In this document: positions 44,601-55,579 of the stretch, piece by piece
Position numbering within the stretch: position 1 is the stretch's first letter
Layout of the letters: the number at the start of each line of letters is the position of its first letter
IMG/VR virus record: IMGVR_UViG_3300033075_000685
Length of the DNA: 64,000 nt
Source: a virus
Direction: 5' to 3' (one strand)
Notes under the pieces: model-generated
Seen by the model: only the letters and a program-made list of their open reading frames with translations
Told to the model about the DNA's origin: nothing
The model's database searches: none
Made by a program: the position numbers and the translations under genes

Positions 44601-47600
44601 GTTTCAAGAATTGAATATTATACTTCATTAAATGCATTAGAACAAGCAACACAAAATTTACAAATTACTGATCAATATGGATTAAATAGATTTAAAAATG
44701 GAATTGTTGCTGATAATTTTACCTCCAATTTAGTTGGAGATATTTCTTCTCCTGAATTCTTTTCATCAATTGATCCGGTTAAAAAACGACTATATCCAGT
44801 TCATACGGTTCAAAATTTTAAATTAGAACTTAGGGATGTTTTATATTGTTTAGGACAATTAGATGATGATGCTAAAGCAAATTTAAGTTATAATATAGAA
44901 AAAGATGGTTCACAATATTATATCACTTTGAAATATAATACAATTCGTGCAATAGCACAACCATTTGCAACAAGAACACAAGGATTTATTGAATTTTCAG
45001 ATACAGAAGGTATTTGTGAACTATCACCACCAATGGATAATTGGGTGTCAACTGAAATCTTACCAAATCTATTAATTGTTGATCCTAATATTCAATTATA
45101 TGAACAAAGTAATACTTTTAATGTATTATCAACTGGTAATTGGCAAACTGTATCATCAACAAAAGTTGGAGAAATTACAGATACAACAGTAGAAAGTTCT
45201 ACTTCAACTACAACCACTTCTACATATAGACCAAGATTCTTTACCTTATTTGATGTTATTTTTGATATTCTTGAAGATTTTGAATTGGTTGATTTTTGTA
45301 GAAGAAACAACATGATTGAAGAGTGTTTCAAACCACCATTTGATCGTGAAGGAACAAAAGATGAGAATGGTCATTACATTTGTGGAATTCATTGGCCCTT
45401 CCATCCATTATATCGTTTATTTATTTTAACCCGTTGTAAAAAGAAAAAAGAACAAGTTACAACAACTACAACTACAACTACGACTACGAGTGATCTTAAT
45501 AAAGTTGTTGAACAAAAAACTGATGTTTCTGGGTATTGGACTTCATTAGGAAGTAATTTTGTAAATCAAAATGGATATATTACTGATGTATCTATTAGTC
45601 CTTATATTAGAGCACAACAAATACAATTTAAAGCTTCTGGATTATTAAAAAATACTCCAGTAAAATGTTATTTTGATGATGTTGATGTGACTGATAGAAT
45701 ATTAGTAGATAATGAATTAATTTTTGAAACGACAAATCCAGATTTTAGATCGGGTGAAGTTTGGGGATATTTGAATAATAATTCGGAACCAGTTCCATTT
45801 GCGGAAGTAACCGAATGGTCAAATACTTCATATACATTCTACTCTAATACATATACTTCTAATACTACAACGCAAACTGTTTATGTAAAACGTTGTCATT
45901 TCCATTTCTTCCCTTGGTTATTATTTGGAATTGGATTACTTCTTGCTCCGGTATTAACAACTGCTGCTGGATTATTATATCTACATAATGCAAGACATGC
46001 AAAATGTGTTGGTATTCATAGAAGATCAGGAACAGTATTATCAATTGATCCTGCAAACAATTGTTTTACAATTCCAAGAGAATATGAAGGACATGAACAT
46101 CATATTTTACATTTACCTTGGTTCCATTGCTGGCATTTCTTTAGACCGCATTATACCCATAAATGTATTAGAACGGGGGTTTCTGCTAATTTAGTATCCA
46201 ATACAATTACGATTTATTGTAATAATAGTGTAGTAACAAGTAATACAATTGGTGAAGTTCCGTTATACACAACAAAACCATTACACGATGATGATTTTGA
46301 AGGATTAGGATATCTAACAACCGATGATAAAGGATCAATTTCAGGAACATTCTATCTTCCAGAAGATACTTTTACAACCGGCGAAAAAATATTTAGAATT
46401 GATAATAGATTAAAAGGAGCAAAAGATTCAGAAACAACATTTGCTCAAGCTAGTTTCTTTGCATCAAGTTTAAATATTCAAAAACAATATTTAGAATTTT
46501 CACCTGATATTTCACATGCTAGAAATGTATTGACATCTACGAATAATAGAGAAAGTGTTATTATATCTAATACTGTTACTAAAGTAGAAACAAGCAATAC
46601 TTCTACAACTACACAAGAATGTAAAAGAAGATGGTGGTGGTTCTGGAATAAACGCGATCCAATGGCACAAACATTTATTTTATTTGAAGATGAATTCCCA
46701 TATGGAGCATTCTTAAAATCAATTAAAATTTGTTTTAGAACTAAACCAACTGATATTAATGAACCAATTACATTAGCACTTATTGGGACTCAAAACGGAT
46801 ATCCTGATGGTAATTATTTACAACATTCTGTTGTAACAAAATATCCTGTAGATGTTAATGTTTCAGAATCACCACATATTAGAAATCCAAATACATATAC
46901 TGAATTTGTATTCCCTGTTCCTGTATATGTCAAACCGGAAACTATGTATGCATTTATGCTAAAAACAAATTCAAGTGAATATAATGTTTATACTGCTAAA
47001 ATCGGTGATACTACAATTGAATCTACAGTTCAAGAATATTCTGAAAGTGGTGCAACAACATCATATATAGAACCATTTAAGATTACTGTAACTCCTTATG
47101 TTGGTGATTTATTCTTATCACAAAATGCACAAACATGGGCGGCTGATATTAATCAGGATATGATGTTTGAAATTGTAAGATGTAATTTCAATATAACACA
47201 ACAAAGTGTTGCGCAATTTGTTTTACCAAAAGGATTGCCACAAAGAAAACGTGTAAATGATGATATTAATGATGCATTAAATAATACAATATATGATGCT
47301 AATAATGAAATATCTGTATATTCAAAAATAACAGATACTAATTTTGTGGTTGATGCTCTTAATGTTACAACTACAGATTTAACTTTTGATAATGCAGGAA
47401 TAGATTATTCATATAAAGCAACTTTATTAAATGGATTAACAAAAGAAACTACTGAAACTTCAATAATTCCTGGTAGATATGGAAGTGCAACCATTGATGA
47501 TATTGCTTTAGATGATGGAAATGGAGAAAGAGTGTTTGTTGCAGATGCTGATGCATTACCAGCAAATTCATCTTTTTCATTATTTACAAGACTACATTCT

Positions 47601-48368
47601 GGTGATCCAACTATTAGTCCTATTATTTCTGATGTTGGTGTTACTGTATATGGAGTTAATTATGCAATTAATAATTTAGAAATTAATCAAAAAGATATAG
47701 TAATTCTTGATGGTGGTGCGGGATATACTAATCCAACAGTAACGATTACATCAGATAATGTTAATGATGCAAATGGGGATTTTGGATCAGGTGCATTAGC
47801 AACTGCAAATGTAGTGAATGGAACAATTGTTTCTATTGATTTAATTTCTACTGGATCAGGATATTGTAATGGTGCAATTGTTACAGTAACAGGAGAATCC
47901 CCGAATAGAGAAGCGTCTATTATTGTTGCAACAGAAACATCAAAATATGGTGGTAATGGTTTATGTAGATATATTACAAAACCAATTATCTTAAATACTG
48001 ATTTTGATGCTGGTGATTTACGAGTTTATTATACTGCATATAGACCAGTAGGAACTAATATTTATGTCTATTATAAGATAATAAATAGAAATGATACTTC
48101 ATCGTTTGCAGATAAGAACTGGAAATTAATGACATTGATTAATGGAAGTAGAACATATTCAACGAAAAAAGGAGAAACTTTTGAATATATTGCTGCACCT
48201 GGAATTAATGGTATAGCTGATAATAAAGTATCATATACAGATAATTCAGGAAATATTTATGTAGATTTTAATAGATTTGCAATAAAAGTTGTTTGTTCTA
48301 CAGATGATAAAACAAAAATACCTTATTTAACTGATATTAGAGGTATTGCATTACCAGAGGCGGTGTAA
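41661..48368 (+). CDS. large virion structural protein (DUF4815/VrlC-like)
   Basis: PYFDDFD..K.F.KILFKPG.AVQ.RELTQ.Q..LQ.QI, APGADR, RTFD..GDF, GKAYVRGY, LE.RV..IEYYTSL, RFKNG...DNF, DP.AQTF. Confidence 0.85.
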   Translation: MAINFNQYPYFDDFDANKHFHKILFKPGVAVQGRELTQTQTILQDQIQKFGNHIFQNHSVVSGAQTTVNFNANFVKIETTNINNRDIEAGDFIGKTVKNLNGNVIAKVLVAKDKILNTDGEILYPPLLILSYLSGTQFTYGDIIYTNDSDITAKVISDTSSFLPATGTSSVVTISDGVMYIDGYFVGIQEQTISIDDYSDVPTAKVGITIEESIVSYDVDATLLDPALGESNYQAPGADRYKIYLRLVSKPIEDNSDTNFIETLRINNGIIQKAVLNTAYSIIDDYFARRTFDTNGDFIVRRFNITAQANTTANTHFQIKVGPGKAYVRGYIAENQSDLFLNCSKSRDYNSVVGKPIFLNYGNYVYTTNHSGQFDFKNFTPIDIHVTSSANTSNAQAYTATKVATAKIKNLEYVSGTGANTKTYVFKTYIFDVQSNTVDGVSDNATDINVNTFTLPKHFPTSILANTVFNNASLLIKSGNNSGDLVSISSYDAPARTLTTSRDFISIVEKNVQFSLLFGERHYRSFYATANNQINCKVHASSKTNGVDSGETFISDKDSSPLIYEIGNDYIKEQSLTNGDYYSWIVERNVSLNNGTINLSNNMNFIGVGELPTDSKNDNFIAFVSNPSSSTLANGSIFTFDSTVNSNRKITISGDGATATFVCEAANNSAKLDIFAKVHIENPNATVVLKSKKIVSPNTSSNSVPYSGIIKSNTYIDTVQGKLYFTNTAISFDTTSQSLYVSDVISISKIVDSMNANLRITQSMLTNPAHDITRFYSFDTGQRDTYYDHGAIQLIPNSPPPKGDVLIFYKRFDHAAGDGYFSVDSYLAPKSTNPIKYQYIPSYKSKNGKIYNLKDCLDFRPSRTNATTAFTFTPINNNPTLAIPVDGTLFTTDYSYYLSRKDIVIVSKDKTISLIEGIPSLNPKEPVEPDGSIIIAKITHEPYDAFIPGEVVTSERSSINIENVEHKRWRMEDITSLENRVSRIEYYTSLNALEQATQNLQITDQYGLNRFKNGIVADNFTSNLVGDISSPEFFSSIDPVKKRLYPVHTVQNFKLELRDVLYCLGQLDDDAKANLSYNIEKDGSQYYITLKYNTIRAIAQPFATRTQGFIEFSDTEGICELSPPMDNWVSTEILPNLLIVDPNIQLYEQSNTFNVLSTGNWQTVSSTKVGEITDTTVESSTSTTTTSTYRPRFFTLFDVIFDILEDFELVDFCRRNNMIEECFKPPFDREGTKDENGHYICGIHWPFHPLYRLFILTRCKKKKEQVTTTTTTTTTTSDLNKVVEQKTDVSGYWTSLGSNFVNQNGYITDVSISPYIRAQQIQFKASGLLKNTPVKCYFDDVDVTDRILVDNELIFETTNPDFRSGEVWGYLNNNSEPVPFAEVTEWSNTSYTFYSNTYTSNTTTQTVYVKRCHFHFFPWLLFGIGLLLAPVLTTAAGLLYLHNARHAKCVGIHRRSGTVLSIDPANNCFTIPREYEGHEHHILHLPWFHCWHFFRPHYTHKCIRTGVSANLVSNTITIYCNNSVVTSNTIGEVPLYTTKPLHDDDFEGLGYLTTDDKGSISGTFYLPEDTFTTGEKIFRIDNRLKGAKDSETTFAQASFFASSLNIQKQYLEFSPDISHARNVLTSTNNRESVIISNTVTKVETSNTSTTTQECKRRWWWFWNKRDPMAQTFILFEDEFPYGAFLKSIKICFRTKPTDINEPITLALIGTQNGYPDGNYLQHSVVTKYPVDVNVSESPHIRNPNTYTEFVFPVPVYVKPETMYAFMLKTNSSEYNVYTAKIGDTTIESTVQEYSESGATTSYIEPFKITVTPYVGDLFLSQNAQTWAADINQDMMFEIVRCNFNITQQSVAQFVLPKGLPQRKRVNDDINDALNNTIYDANNEISVYSKITDTNFVVDALNVTTTDLTFDNAGIDYSYKATLLNGLTKETTETSIIPGRYGSATIDDIALDDGNGERVFVADADALPANSSFSLFTRLHSGDPTISPIISDVGVTVYGVNYAINNLEINQKDIVILDGGAGYTNPTVTITSDNVNDANGDFGSGALATANVVNGTIVSIDLISTGSGYCNGAIVTVTGESPNREASIIVATETSKYGGNGLCRYITKPIILNTDFDAGDLRVYYTAYRPVGTNIYVYYKIINRNDTSSFADKNWKLMTLINGSRTYSTKKGETFEYIAAPGINGIADNKVSYTDNSGNIYVDFNRFAIKVVCSTDDKTKIPYLTDIRGIALPEAV

Positions 48369-48372
48369 AACA

Positions 48373-48591
48373 ATGAGTATTGTTAATATTAAAGGAACTT
48401 CTCTTATAAGAGATTTAAATACAATGGCTGTTCTTAGTTCTAATAAAAATGAATTAGAACAATATAAATTAAGAAAAAAAATATTTGCTGAACAAAAAAA
48501 CGAAATAAATAATATTAAACAAGAAGTTAATCAAATTAGAACTGACATTTCTGATATAAAGGAAATGCTTTCGCAAATCATACAAAGGTAA
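48373..48591 (+). CDS. small coiled-coil protein
   Basis: LIRD..T.AV...EIN.IK.EV.....DI..IKEML. Confidence 0.75.
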   Translation: MSIVNIKGTSLIRDLNTMAVLSSNKNELEQYKLRKKIFAEQKNEINNIKQEVNQIRTDISDIKEMLSQIIQR

Positions 48592-48599
48592 TCATATAA

Positions 48600-49862
48600 A
48601 TGGCAACAAGAATTACATCAGTTTCACTTGCAAATACATTTGGTCATTGGTTAGTAGCAACACAAACTATAATTAATGAACTTAATACTATTGGATTTGG
48701 AAACTATACAAAATCAAGTAATACTTTTTATATTACTTCTACAAATGAAGGATTGCGAGTTTCAAATAATGCAACAATAGGATCATTGACTCTTTTAAGG
48801 GATTCAACCTTTGAAGGAAATACAACAATTTTACAAGGATTGACTGTTTCTGGTAACTCTTCAACTGTATCTGGTATTGGTTTAAGAGATTCAAATATTT
48901 TAACTTTTTCAACAGAAACTGCATTACCGGCGTTTGGAACAGTTGCTGTAAATAGATTTCCTTCTGCAAATGCTGAATTACGTTGGAATGAATCAACTCA
49001 ATATTGGGAACTTAGAAATGTTGATTCTCCAGAAACATATTTTAAACTTATTTCTTCTGGAGATTTGGCAACAACAACGTCTCCGGGTATTGTAGTTCTT
49101 TATGATAATTATGATAGTACAAGTAAAAATTTAGCTGCAACTGCAAATGCTGTTCATAGTGCATATTTAAATGCACAAAGTATGGGCAATTCTATTTATT
49201 ATCTAGCAAATGCTGCTTATTATCAAGCAAATTTGGCGTTTGCAAGAGCAAATGCTGCATATGAATTAGCCGGATTAGCATTTAATCAAGCAAATGCTGC
49301 TTATTTAAAAGCAAATTCTGCATATACTATTGCTGTTGAAGCAAATACAGTGGCGTATTCAGCGCAAACTGTAGCATTAATGGCAAATACCAAAGCAAAC
49401 TTAGCATATAATATTGCAATAACAAAACAAGATTATTCAGCAAATTTAACTGCATTTTCATCAAAAATTGCACCATTAGGTTCTGTTGTTGGTACTACAG
49501 ATGTTCAATCATTAACAAACAAAACTATTGTTGGATTTACAGAATCTAAAACTTCTCCTTCTATTTCTGGAGGAATTTTAACATTAGATTGTTCTGCTGG
49601 AACGGTATTTGATGTTTCTTTAAATTCAAATATTTCAACAATTAATTTTACAAATACTCCTGATTGGGCAAACGGAAAATCATATGCAATGACATTAGCA
49701 TTTAGAGGCGATGGTACACAAAGAACAATAAATTGGGGTAGTGTACGATTTGCTGGAAATGTTACTCCTACAATAACAAAAACTTTAAATAAATATGATA
49801 TTTTTGTGTTAACAACTTGGAATAATACTTGGTTTGGCTTTGTTTCAGGACAAAATCTATGA
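48600..49862 (+). CDS. tail fibre/virion protein with Ala-Asn coiled-coil repeats
   Basis: ANTF..W, AYxxAN heptads, LAATANAV, C-terminal beta domain. Confidence 0.75.
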   Translation: MATRITSVSLANTFGHWLVATQTIINELNTIGFGNYTKSSNTFYITSTNEGLRVSNNATIGSLTLLRDSTFEGNTTILQGLTVSGNSSTVSGIGLRDSNILTFSTETALPAFGTVAVNRFPSANAELRWNESTQYWELRNVDSPETYFKLISSGDLATTTSPGIVVLYDNYDSTSKNLAATANAVHSAYLNAQSMGNSIYYLANAAYYQANLAFARANAAYELAGLAFNQANAAYLKANSAYTIAVEANTVAYSAQTVALMANTKANLAYNIAITKQDYSANLTAFSSKIAPLGSVVGTTDVQSLTNKTIVGFTESKTSPSISGGILTLDCSAGTVFDVSLNSNISTINFTNTPDWANGKSYAMTLAFRGDGTQRTINWGSVRFAGNVTPTITKTLNKYDIFVLTTWNNTWFGFVSGQNL

Positions 49863-51022
49863 CAATTTCTCGATTTTTGATGATGGGCGGATTTCCGCTT
49901 GATGGTCAAATTGCTTTTTACGGAACAGGATCATCCGTTACAGGGACATGGATTGTCCCTACTAATGTTAGAAAAATAAGTGTCGTTTGTGTTGGTGGTG
50001 GTGCTTCTGGAACCGGTTCTTGGTTCATACCAGCAAGAACTGGTGGTGGTGGTGGTGCTTTAGCATATTCAAATGATATTACAGTTTATCCTGGAGAAAC
50101 TTTAAATTACCAGGCTGGTGCTGGACCAACAAGAAAAGGAACTGATGGTGGAGATACTTTTTTAGCAAGAGGTAGCGAAATTTTAGTTAAGGCTGTTGGT
50201 GGTATTGCCGAAGGATACGGTGGCGATAAAAGTGTTTGTATAGGTGATGTTTGTAATTCCGGTGGATCAGCTAAAAAAGGTTGGTTATGGGATTATGGTG
50301 GTGGTGGTGGTGGTGCTGCTGGATATTCTGGTGATGGTGGCGATGCAATGAGTCCCGGCCAAGGGGGCGGTGGTGGTGGTGGTGGAAATGGTGGAATTTT
50401 TGATTTATTTTTTCATGCTGGTGGCGGTGGTGGAGTAGGTTTATTAGGCGAAGGCGAATCTGGTCGAGCTGGCGGAAAACATGATTATTTTATAAGATTT
50501 TTCCATCTTACTTCTGGTACAGGAACATTTATACCTGGAGAAATGGTTTATCAAACTCTTTCTGATTATAATAATAAATTTGCAGATGGTAAAGTAGTTT
50601 GGTATGATTCTATTCATAAAATTTTAGCTGTTAAACATTATGATGATCCAGAAGACCCATATGATACATTGGCAGCATTTGTTAATACATCAAATATTAT
50701 AGGATTAAATTCTTCTAGTTCATATTCATATGATACATCAAGACGATTATATTATTTTCATCCTCATGGATGGTTTTGGAATCTACTCCCTTATGCTCAT
50801 TGCGGAAATGGTGGAGAAGGGGGTTCGGGCGGTGAAGATGGAGAATCAAATAAATTATTTAATCCTGAAGATGGAGGTGGAGGAAAATATGGTGGAGGTG
50901 GAGCTGGTGGATTAGATTTTTTTGGAATATTTAGAAATGGTGGTGATGGTGGCATTGGTGCTTTACGGATAATATGGGGATATAATAGAAATTATCCATC
51001 TACTAATACAGAAGATAAGTAA
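49859..51022 (+). CDS. glycine-rich virion/tail-associated protein
   Basis: VCVGGG, GGGGG tracts, GALRIIW; ATGA-coupled start 49859. Confidence 0.75.
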   Translation: MTISRFLMMGGFPLDGQIAFYGTGSSVTGTWIVPTNVRKISVVCVGGGASGTGSWFIPARTGGGGGALAYSNDITVYPGETLNYQAGAGPTRKGTDGGDTFLARGSEILVKAVGGIAEGYGGDKSVCIGDVCNSGGSAKKGWLWDYGGGGGGAAGYSGDGGDAMSPGQGGGGGGGGNGGIFDLFFHAGGGGGVGLLGEGESGRAGGKHDYFIRFFHLTSGTGTFIPGEMVYQTLSDYNNKFADGKVVWYDSIHKILAVKHYDDPEDPYDTLAAFVNTSNIIGLNSSSSYSYDTSRRLYYFHPHGWFWNLLPYAHCGNGGEGGSGGEDGESNKLFNPEDGGGGKYGGGGAGGLDFFGIFRNGGDGGIGALRIIWGYNRNYPSTNTEDK

Positions 51023-51024
51023 AA

Positions 51025-53235
51025 ATGACAAATTTAACAATAAAAATTACTGATATTCTTGAATCAGAAATATTACCATCAAACTCTAAACTTTTAGTTA
51101 TAAATGAAGAATTAAATACCGTCTTTCTTACTGATATTTCTGCATTAATGGAATATATTAATGATACTACATCTATTCTTGCAGCAAATTCGGCAATTCA
51201 CTTATCACAAGAAGCAAAAATTGCATCTGAATTAGGTTATGATATAGCATTATATCTTCAAGATACAGTTAATACTGCATTATTTATTGCAAACTCTTCA
51301 GTTTCAAATTCAATGATCGCATTAACACGATCATTACGAGCAAATACTTTTGCAAATCAAGCATATACGATTTCAAATACTGCGGCAACAATTGCAAATT
51401 CTGCTAATTCATTAATTAGTTCTGTTCAATCTAATGCAAATTTAGCAGTAAATTTAGCAAATACAGCAAATATTGCAGCAACAAGCGTAAATGGTATTGC
51501 AGTACAAGCTTTAACTGTTGCAAATACAGCTAATGTAAATTCTACAACAGCATATAATCAAGCAACGATTGCTTATAATACTGCAAGTTCAATTGATACA
51601 AAAGCAACTTCTGCTTTAAATACTGCAAATACAGCAAATTTAAATGCATATTATGCAAATATAAATGCATATTATGCAAATACAACAGCAGTAGGAATAT
51701 CTGCTACAGCAACATTAGCATTAAATACTGCAAATACAGCAAATGCAATTGCTGTATCCGCTAGAACAATAGCAAATACAGCAAATCTTACCGCAGTAAA
51801 TATTTCAACAACTGCAAATATAGCATTAACAACTGCAAATACAGCAAACACAAATGCAACTCAAGCATATCAAGGTATTTCAAATGCAAGTCTTCTTATT
51901 ACAGGAACTGTAAATACTGCAAGATTGGGTAGTGGAACTGCAAATGATAATACTATTCTTTATGGCGATAATTCTTGGAAACTTTTAAATGCAAATTTAA
52001 TAGCAATTGCTGCACTCTCTGGAACAGGATTACTTAGAAAAACAGGAATTTCATCATGGACTATTGATACATCTTCATATTTAACAAGTGCAAATATTGG
52101 TTTAACAGTTCAACCATATTCAGCAAATACACCAGTTATTGCTGCAACTGCTGGTGAAATGACGGCTGGGAATGTTGAAGAATTAAGAAGTATGTCTCCA
52201 TATTTGGTTAAACAAGCGATTACAAGTTTTTCTGGTGGAATTAGTAATTTTTTTGGTTGTGCATTATTAAATACGCATGGACAAACTTTTATTCCATCAA
52301 TTACAAAAACATATAGAATTATATGCGTTGGTGGCGGTGGTTCTGGTGGGGTTGCAAGAAAAAGTTCTGGCAGAGCAATTGCAACTGGTGGTGGTGGTGG
52401 TGGTGTTGTAATTGCTGATATTCAATTAAGTGCTGGAACTACATATACCGCAGAAATATTTTCCGGTGGGTTTGTCTCTGGTCCTACTTCCACTGATGGT
52501 CAATTTATTAATGGTACTGTTGGTGGTAATGTAAGTTTATTTGGACCTGATATTACCACAATAACAGCATATGGTGGAAATGGTGGAAATGCATCTGAAA
52601 CCAGTTCTGTTTCTGGTGGAACCGGTGGAACTTCACTTACATCCAAATATAACTTTACTGGAGGATCAGCTGGAGATGGAACTTCTGCCTCAACAGGAAA
52701 ATGTGCAACAGGTGGTGGTTCAGTTTCAATTTTAGGATTAACACAATCAAGCGGTACATCCACTTCAACTGGTTCTGCTTGTGCAATATCAGGTGGTGCT
52801 GGAGTTGGTGGAAATTCTGGAACTGTTACTGTATCAAGTTCAAATAGATATGGTTCTGGTGGTGGTTCTGGAGGAAGTTCAACCGATGTTTCTTCAAGTT
52901 CGCCTGGAACTGCTGGTGTATCTTTAGATTTAATATTACATTCAATGTATTTTAATGGAGTATCTGGTATTAGTGGTGGAACTGGAGGTTCCCCAACTGG
53001 AGGTAATGCTAATTTAGGTGGTGGAGGCGGAGCCGCATTATCTACATCCTCAACAACCGCAACAGGAGGAATGGGAGGTTGGTTTGGTGGAGGTGGAGCA
53101 GCCATTAATACAAGTTCTGGATCAGCAATTGGGGGTGCTGGATATTATGGCGGAGGTGGTGGTGGAGCAGTTTCTACTTTAGGAAATGCTACTTCTGGAG
53201 CTGGTGGTAATGGAGTTATTTTAATTTTCTGGTAA
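51025..53235 (+). CDS. fibre protein: ANTA coiled-coil repeats plus Gly-rich C-terminal domain
   Basis: ANTAN heptads; ICVGGGGSG; ends GGNGVILIFW. Confidence 0.75.
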   Translation: MTNLTIKITDILESEILPSNSKLLVINEELNTVFLTDISALMEYINDTTSILAANSAIHLSQEAKIASELGYDIALYLQDTVNTALFIANSSVSNSMIALTRSLRANTFANQAYTISNTAATIANSANSLISSVQSNANLAVNLANTANIAATSVNGIAVQALTVANTANVNSTTAYNQATIAYNTASSIDTKATSALNTANTANLNAYYANINAYYANTTAVGISATATLALNTANTANAIAVSARTIANTANLTAVNISTTANIALTTANTANTNATQAYQGISNASLLITGTVNTARLGSGTANDNTILYGDNSWKLLNANLIAIAALSGTGLLRKTGISSWTIDTSSYLTSANIGLTVQPYSANTPVIAATAGEMTAGNVEELRSMSPYLVKQAITSFSGGISNFFGCALLNTHGQTFIPSITKTYRIICVGGGGSGGVARKSSGRAIATGGGGGGVVIADIQLSAGTTYTAEIFSGGFVSGPTSTDGQFINGTVGGNVSLFGPDITTITAYGGNGGNASETSSVSGGTGGTSLTSKYNFTGGSAGDGTSASTGKCATGGGSVSILGLTQSSGTSTSTGSACAISGGAGVGGNSGTVTVSSSNRYGSGGGSGGSSTDVSSSSPGTAGVSLDLILHSMYFNGVSGISGGTGGSPTGGNANLGGGGGAALSTSSTTATGGMGGWFGGGGAAINTSSGSAIGGAGYYGGGGGGAVSTLGNATSGAGGNGVILIFW

Positions 53236-53239
53236 ATTA

Positions 53240-55531
53240 ATGCGTTCTAATACAACAATATCTATAAAAGATTTAAATAAAAATAATTTTTTATCACCAA
53301 AATTCAAAATATTAAATATAAGTAATACTTTTAATACTATTACTGTTGTTAATATTGAACATGTAAATGATAAATTAGCAAATTCTTCTATTCAGACGGA
53401 ATTAGATAAGATTCTTGCTAATACTGTTTTAATAAAAACTCAAGCAGATAATTATTATAATATTGGAGTATATCTTACTAATATTGTTTATAATACTTGT
53501 AATTTAGCAAATTCTGCGGTTGATAATGCTGCTTTCATTGTTAATTATTCTAATACAGTAAATAATTGGTCAATTTTAGTTAATCCTATTGTTAATTCAA
53601 GATATAGTATTGTAAATTCTATATATAATAATATATCAAATACTTCAAGTAATATTATATCAGCATTATATATTTCTACAAATGCATATTCAATTGCAAG
53701 TGGAGTTTATAATAAAGCAATATTAGCATTAAATACTGCAAATACAGCAAATGACTTAACTGTTATTAGTATTCCGTTAGCAAAGTCTGCAAATACAATA
53801 AGTCTATCCATTGAAAATAAAGCAAATAGTGCGTTACTTTTATCTAATTCTGTATCTAAGTTAGTATCTAATGTCATATCATTAACGTCTAATACATCAA
53901 ATATTACTTTTTCTGTTAGTAATACAGCAACATTAGCATTAAATTTATCAATAAATGCTCATTCAATTGCAACCCAAGCATTTTCAATTGCTCAAAATGC
54001 AAATACAATTGCAAATGGAATTTTTAATACAGCAACAATTGCATCAAATATAGCAAATACAGCAAATCTTACTGCTTATAATGCAGTTTTAGCAAAAGGA
54101 AATGCATCCTTATTAACTTCAGGAACAATTAATTCATCATTATTAGGATCAAATACTTCAAGTTTAAATATATTATATGGAAATAATACTTGGAAACCAT
54201 TAAATGCAAATTTGGTTTCTATTATAAATTTATCAAATATTGGATTTCCATACCGATATGCTAATAACACTTGGTTAATTAAAGATTCCATATCATATTC
54301 AATGGATAATATTAATATTGATATTCAAGGATATTCTTCAAATATTACTAATTCTATAATGACAGTAAGTGAAATAATTACTGGATCAGAAACTAAATTA
54401 AAAGGTTCATCTCCATTAACTATTGCACAAGCCGCGAGTGCAACTTCTGCTGTAATGGAAAGACCAATAGGAGGAAAACTTTATAAATCTTCGGGAACAT
54501 TTACTCCTGTTTTATCTAAATTACATAGAATAATAGTAATTGGTGCTGGTGGGAGTGGTGCTGCTACCGTAGTGTCTGCAAATGGAAACTTAGATTTTAC
54601 AGGAATAGGAATGGCATGTGGTGGTGGTGCAGGAGGATATGCAATAAAAGATGTAGTATTATCAAAAACAACAACTTATACAGTTACAATTGGAACAGGA
54701 GGCGCAAATAGTTCTGTAACATCAACATTAACATCTTCTGCTGGTTCTTCTGGTGGATCATCTTCATTTAGTGGTAGTGGAATATCTACTATTACTGCAT
54801 CTGGTGGTGGGGGTGGACAAGGACAAAGTGGCGCTTCTTCAGGATTGAGTAAAAGTGGTGGATCAGGTGGAACATCTTCTGGAGGAAATTATAATTTTAC
54901 AGGAGGTGCTGGTGGAAATTGTATATATGTTCAATATGGCGGAAAATGTGCAACTGGTGGTGGTGCAGTAAGCATACTAGGAAATGTATATTCTGCTGGA
55001 AATTGTAAAGAAGGTAATGTTCCTGATGGATATGATCAAACAACTATAAGATATTATCCAGGTGCAACTGGTGGTGCTGGAATTGGTGGAAGTTCTGGAC
55101 AAATTGAAACATATGCGGCTGCATATGCATACTGTGCAACCGGTGGTGGAGGAACCGAAGGAGGAAGTGGTTCATTTATCAATCCTTATACTGGATTAAG
55201 TTCTGGTGGGGATGCAAGTTCATTAATTAAATTTAACTATATGTATATAAATAATCCTGGTGGTAATGCAGGATATCCTTCTGGTAGTAATGCATATGAT
55301 GGTGGTGGTGGTGGTGGTGGCGTTAGAAATGAAGGAAATGCAACAGGAGGAAATGGAGGTATGTTCGGTGGAGGCGGAGCTGCTTGTTGTGGCGGTGGTG
55401 GTGGTGGTGGTGCATTTAGTGCAACTGCTGGAAACGGTGGTATTGGCGGCGGTGGTGGTGGAGCATTAGCAATGAAAGGAACTGCACGATCTGGAAATGG
55501 AGGAAATGGATTAATTATAATTCTTTGGTAA
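53240..55531 (+). CDS. fibre protein, paralog of 51025..53235
   Basis: Same architecture; ILYGNNTWKPLNANL vs ILYGDNSWKLLNANL; ends GGNGLIIILW. Confidence 0.75.
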   Translation: MRSNTTISIKDLNKNNFLSPKFKILNISNTFNTITVVNIEHVNDKLANSSIQTELDKILANTVLIKTQADNYYNIGVYLTNIVYNTCNLANSAVDNAAFIVNYSNTVNNWSILVNPIVNSRYSIVNSIYNNISNTSSNIISALYISTNAYSIASGVYNKAILALNTANTANDLTVISIPLAKSANTISLSIENKANSALLLSNSVSKLVSNVISLTSNTSNITFSVSNTATLALNLSINAHSIATQAFSIAQNANTIANGIFNTATIASNIANTANLTAYNAVLAKGNASLLTSGTINSSLLGSNTSSLNILYGNNTWKPLNANLVSIINLSNIGFPYRYANNTWLIKDSISYSMDNINIDIQGYSSNITNSIMTVSEIITGSETKLKGSSPLTIAQAASATSAVMERPIGGKLYKSSGTFTPVLSKLHRIIVIGAGGSGAATVVSANGNLDFTGIGMACGGGAGGYAIKDVVLSKTTTYTVTIGTGGANSSVTSTLTSSAGSSGGSSSFSGSGISTITASGGGGGQGQSGASSGLSKSGGSGGTSSGGNYNFTGGAGGNCIYVQYGGKCATGGGAVSILGNVYSAGNCKEGNVPDGYDQTTIRYYPGATGGAGIGGSSGQIETYAAAYAYCATGGGGTEGGSGSFINPYTGLSSGGDASSLIKFNYMYINNPGGNAGYPSGSNAYDGGGGGGGVRNEGNATGGNGGMFGGGGAACCGGGGGGGAFSATAGNGGIGGGGGGALAMKGTARSGNGGNGLIIILW

Positions 55532-55579
55532 TTTCTTTTTAATAAATACTATAATAATTACTAAAACGAGCAATAATAC

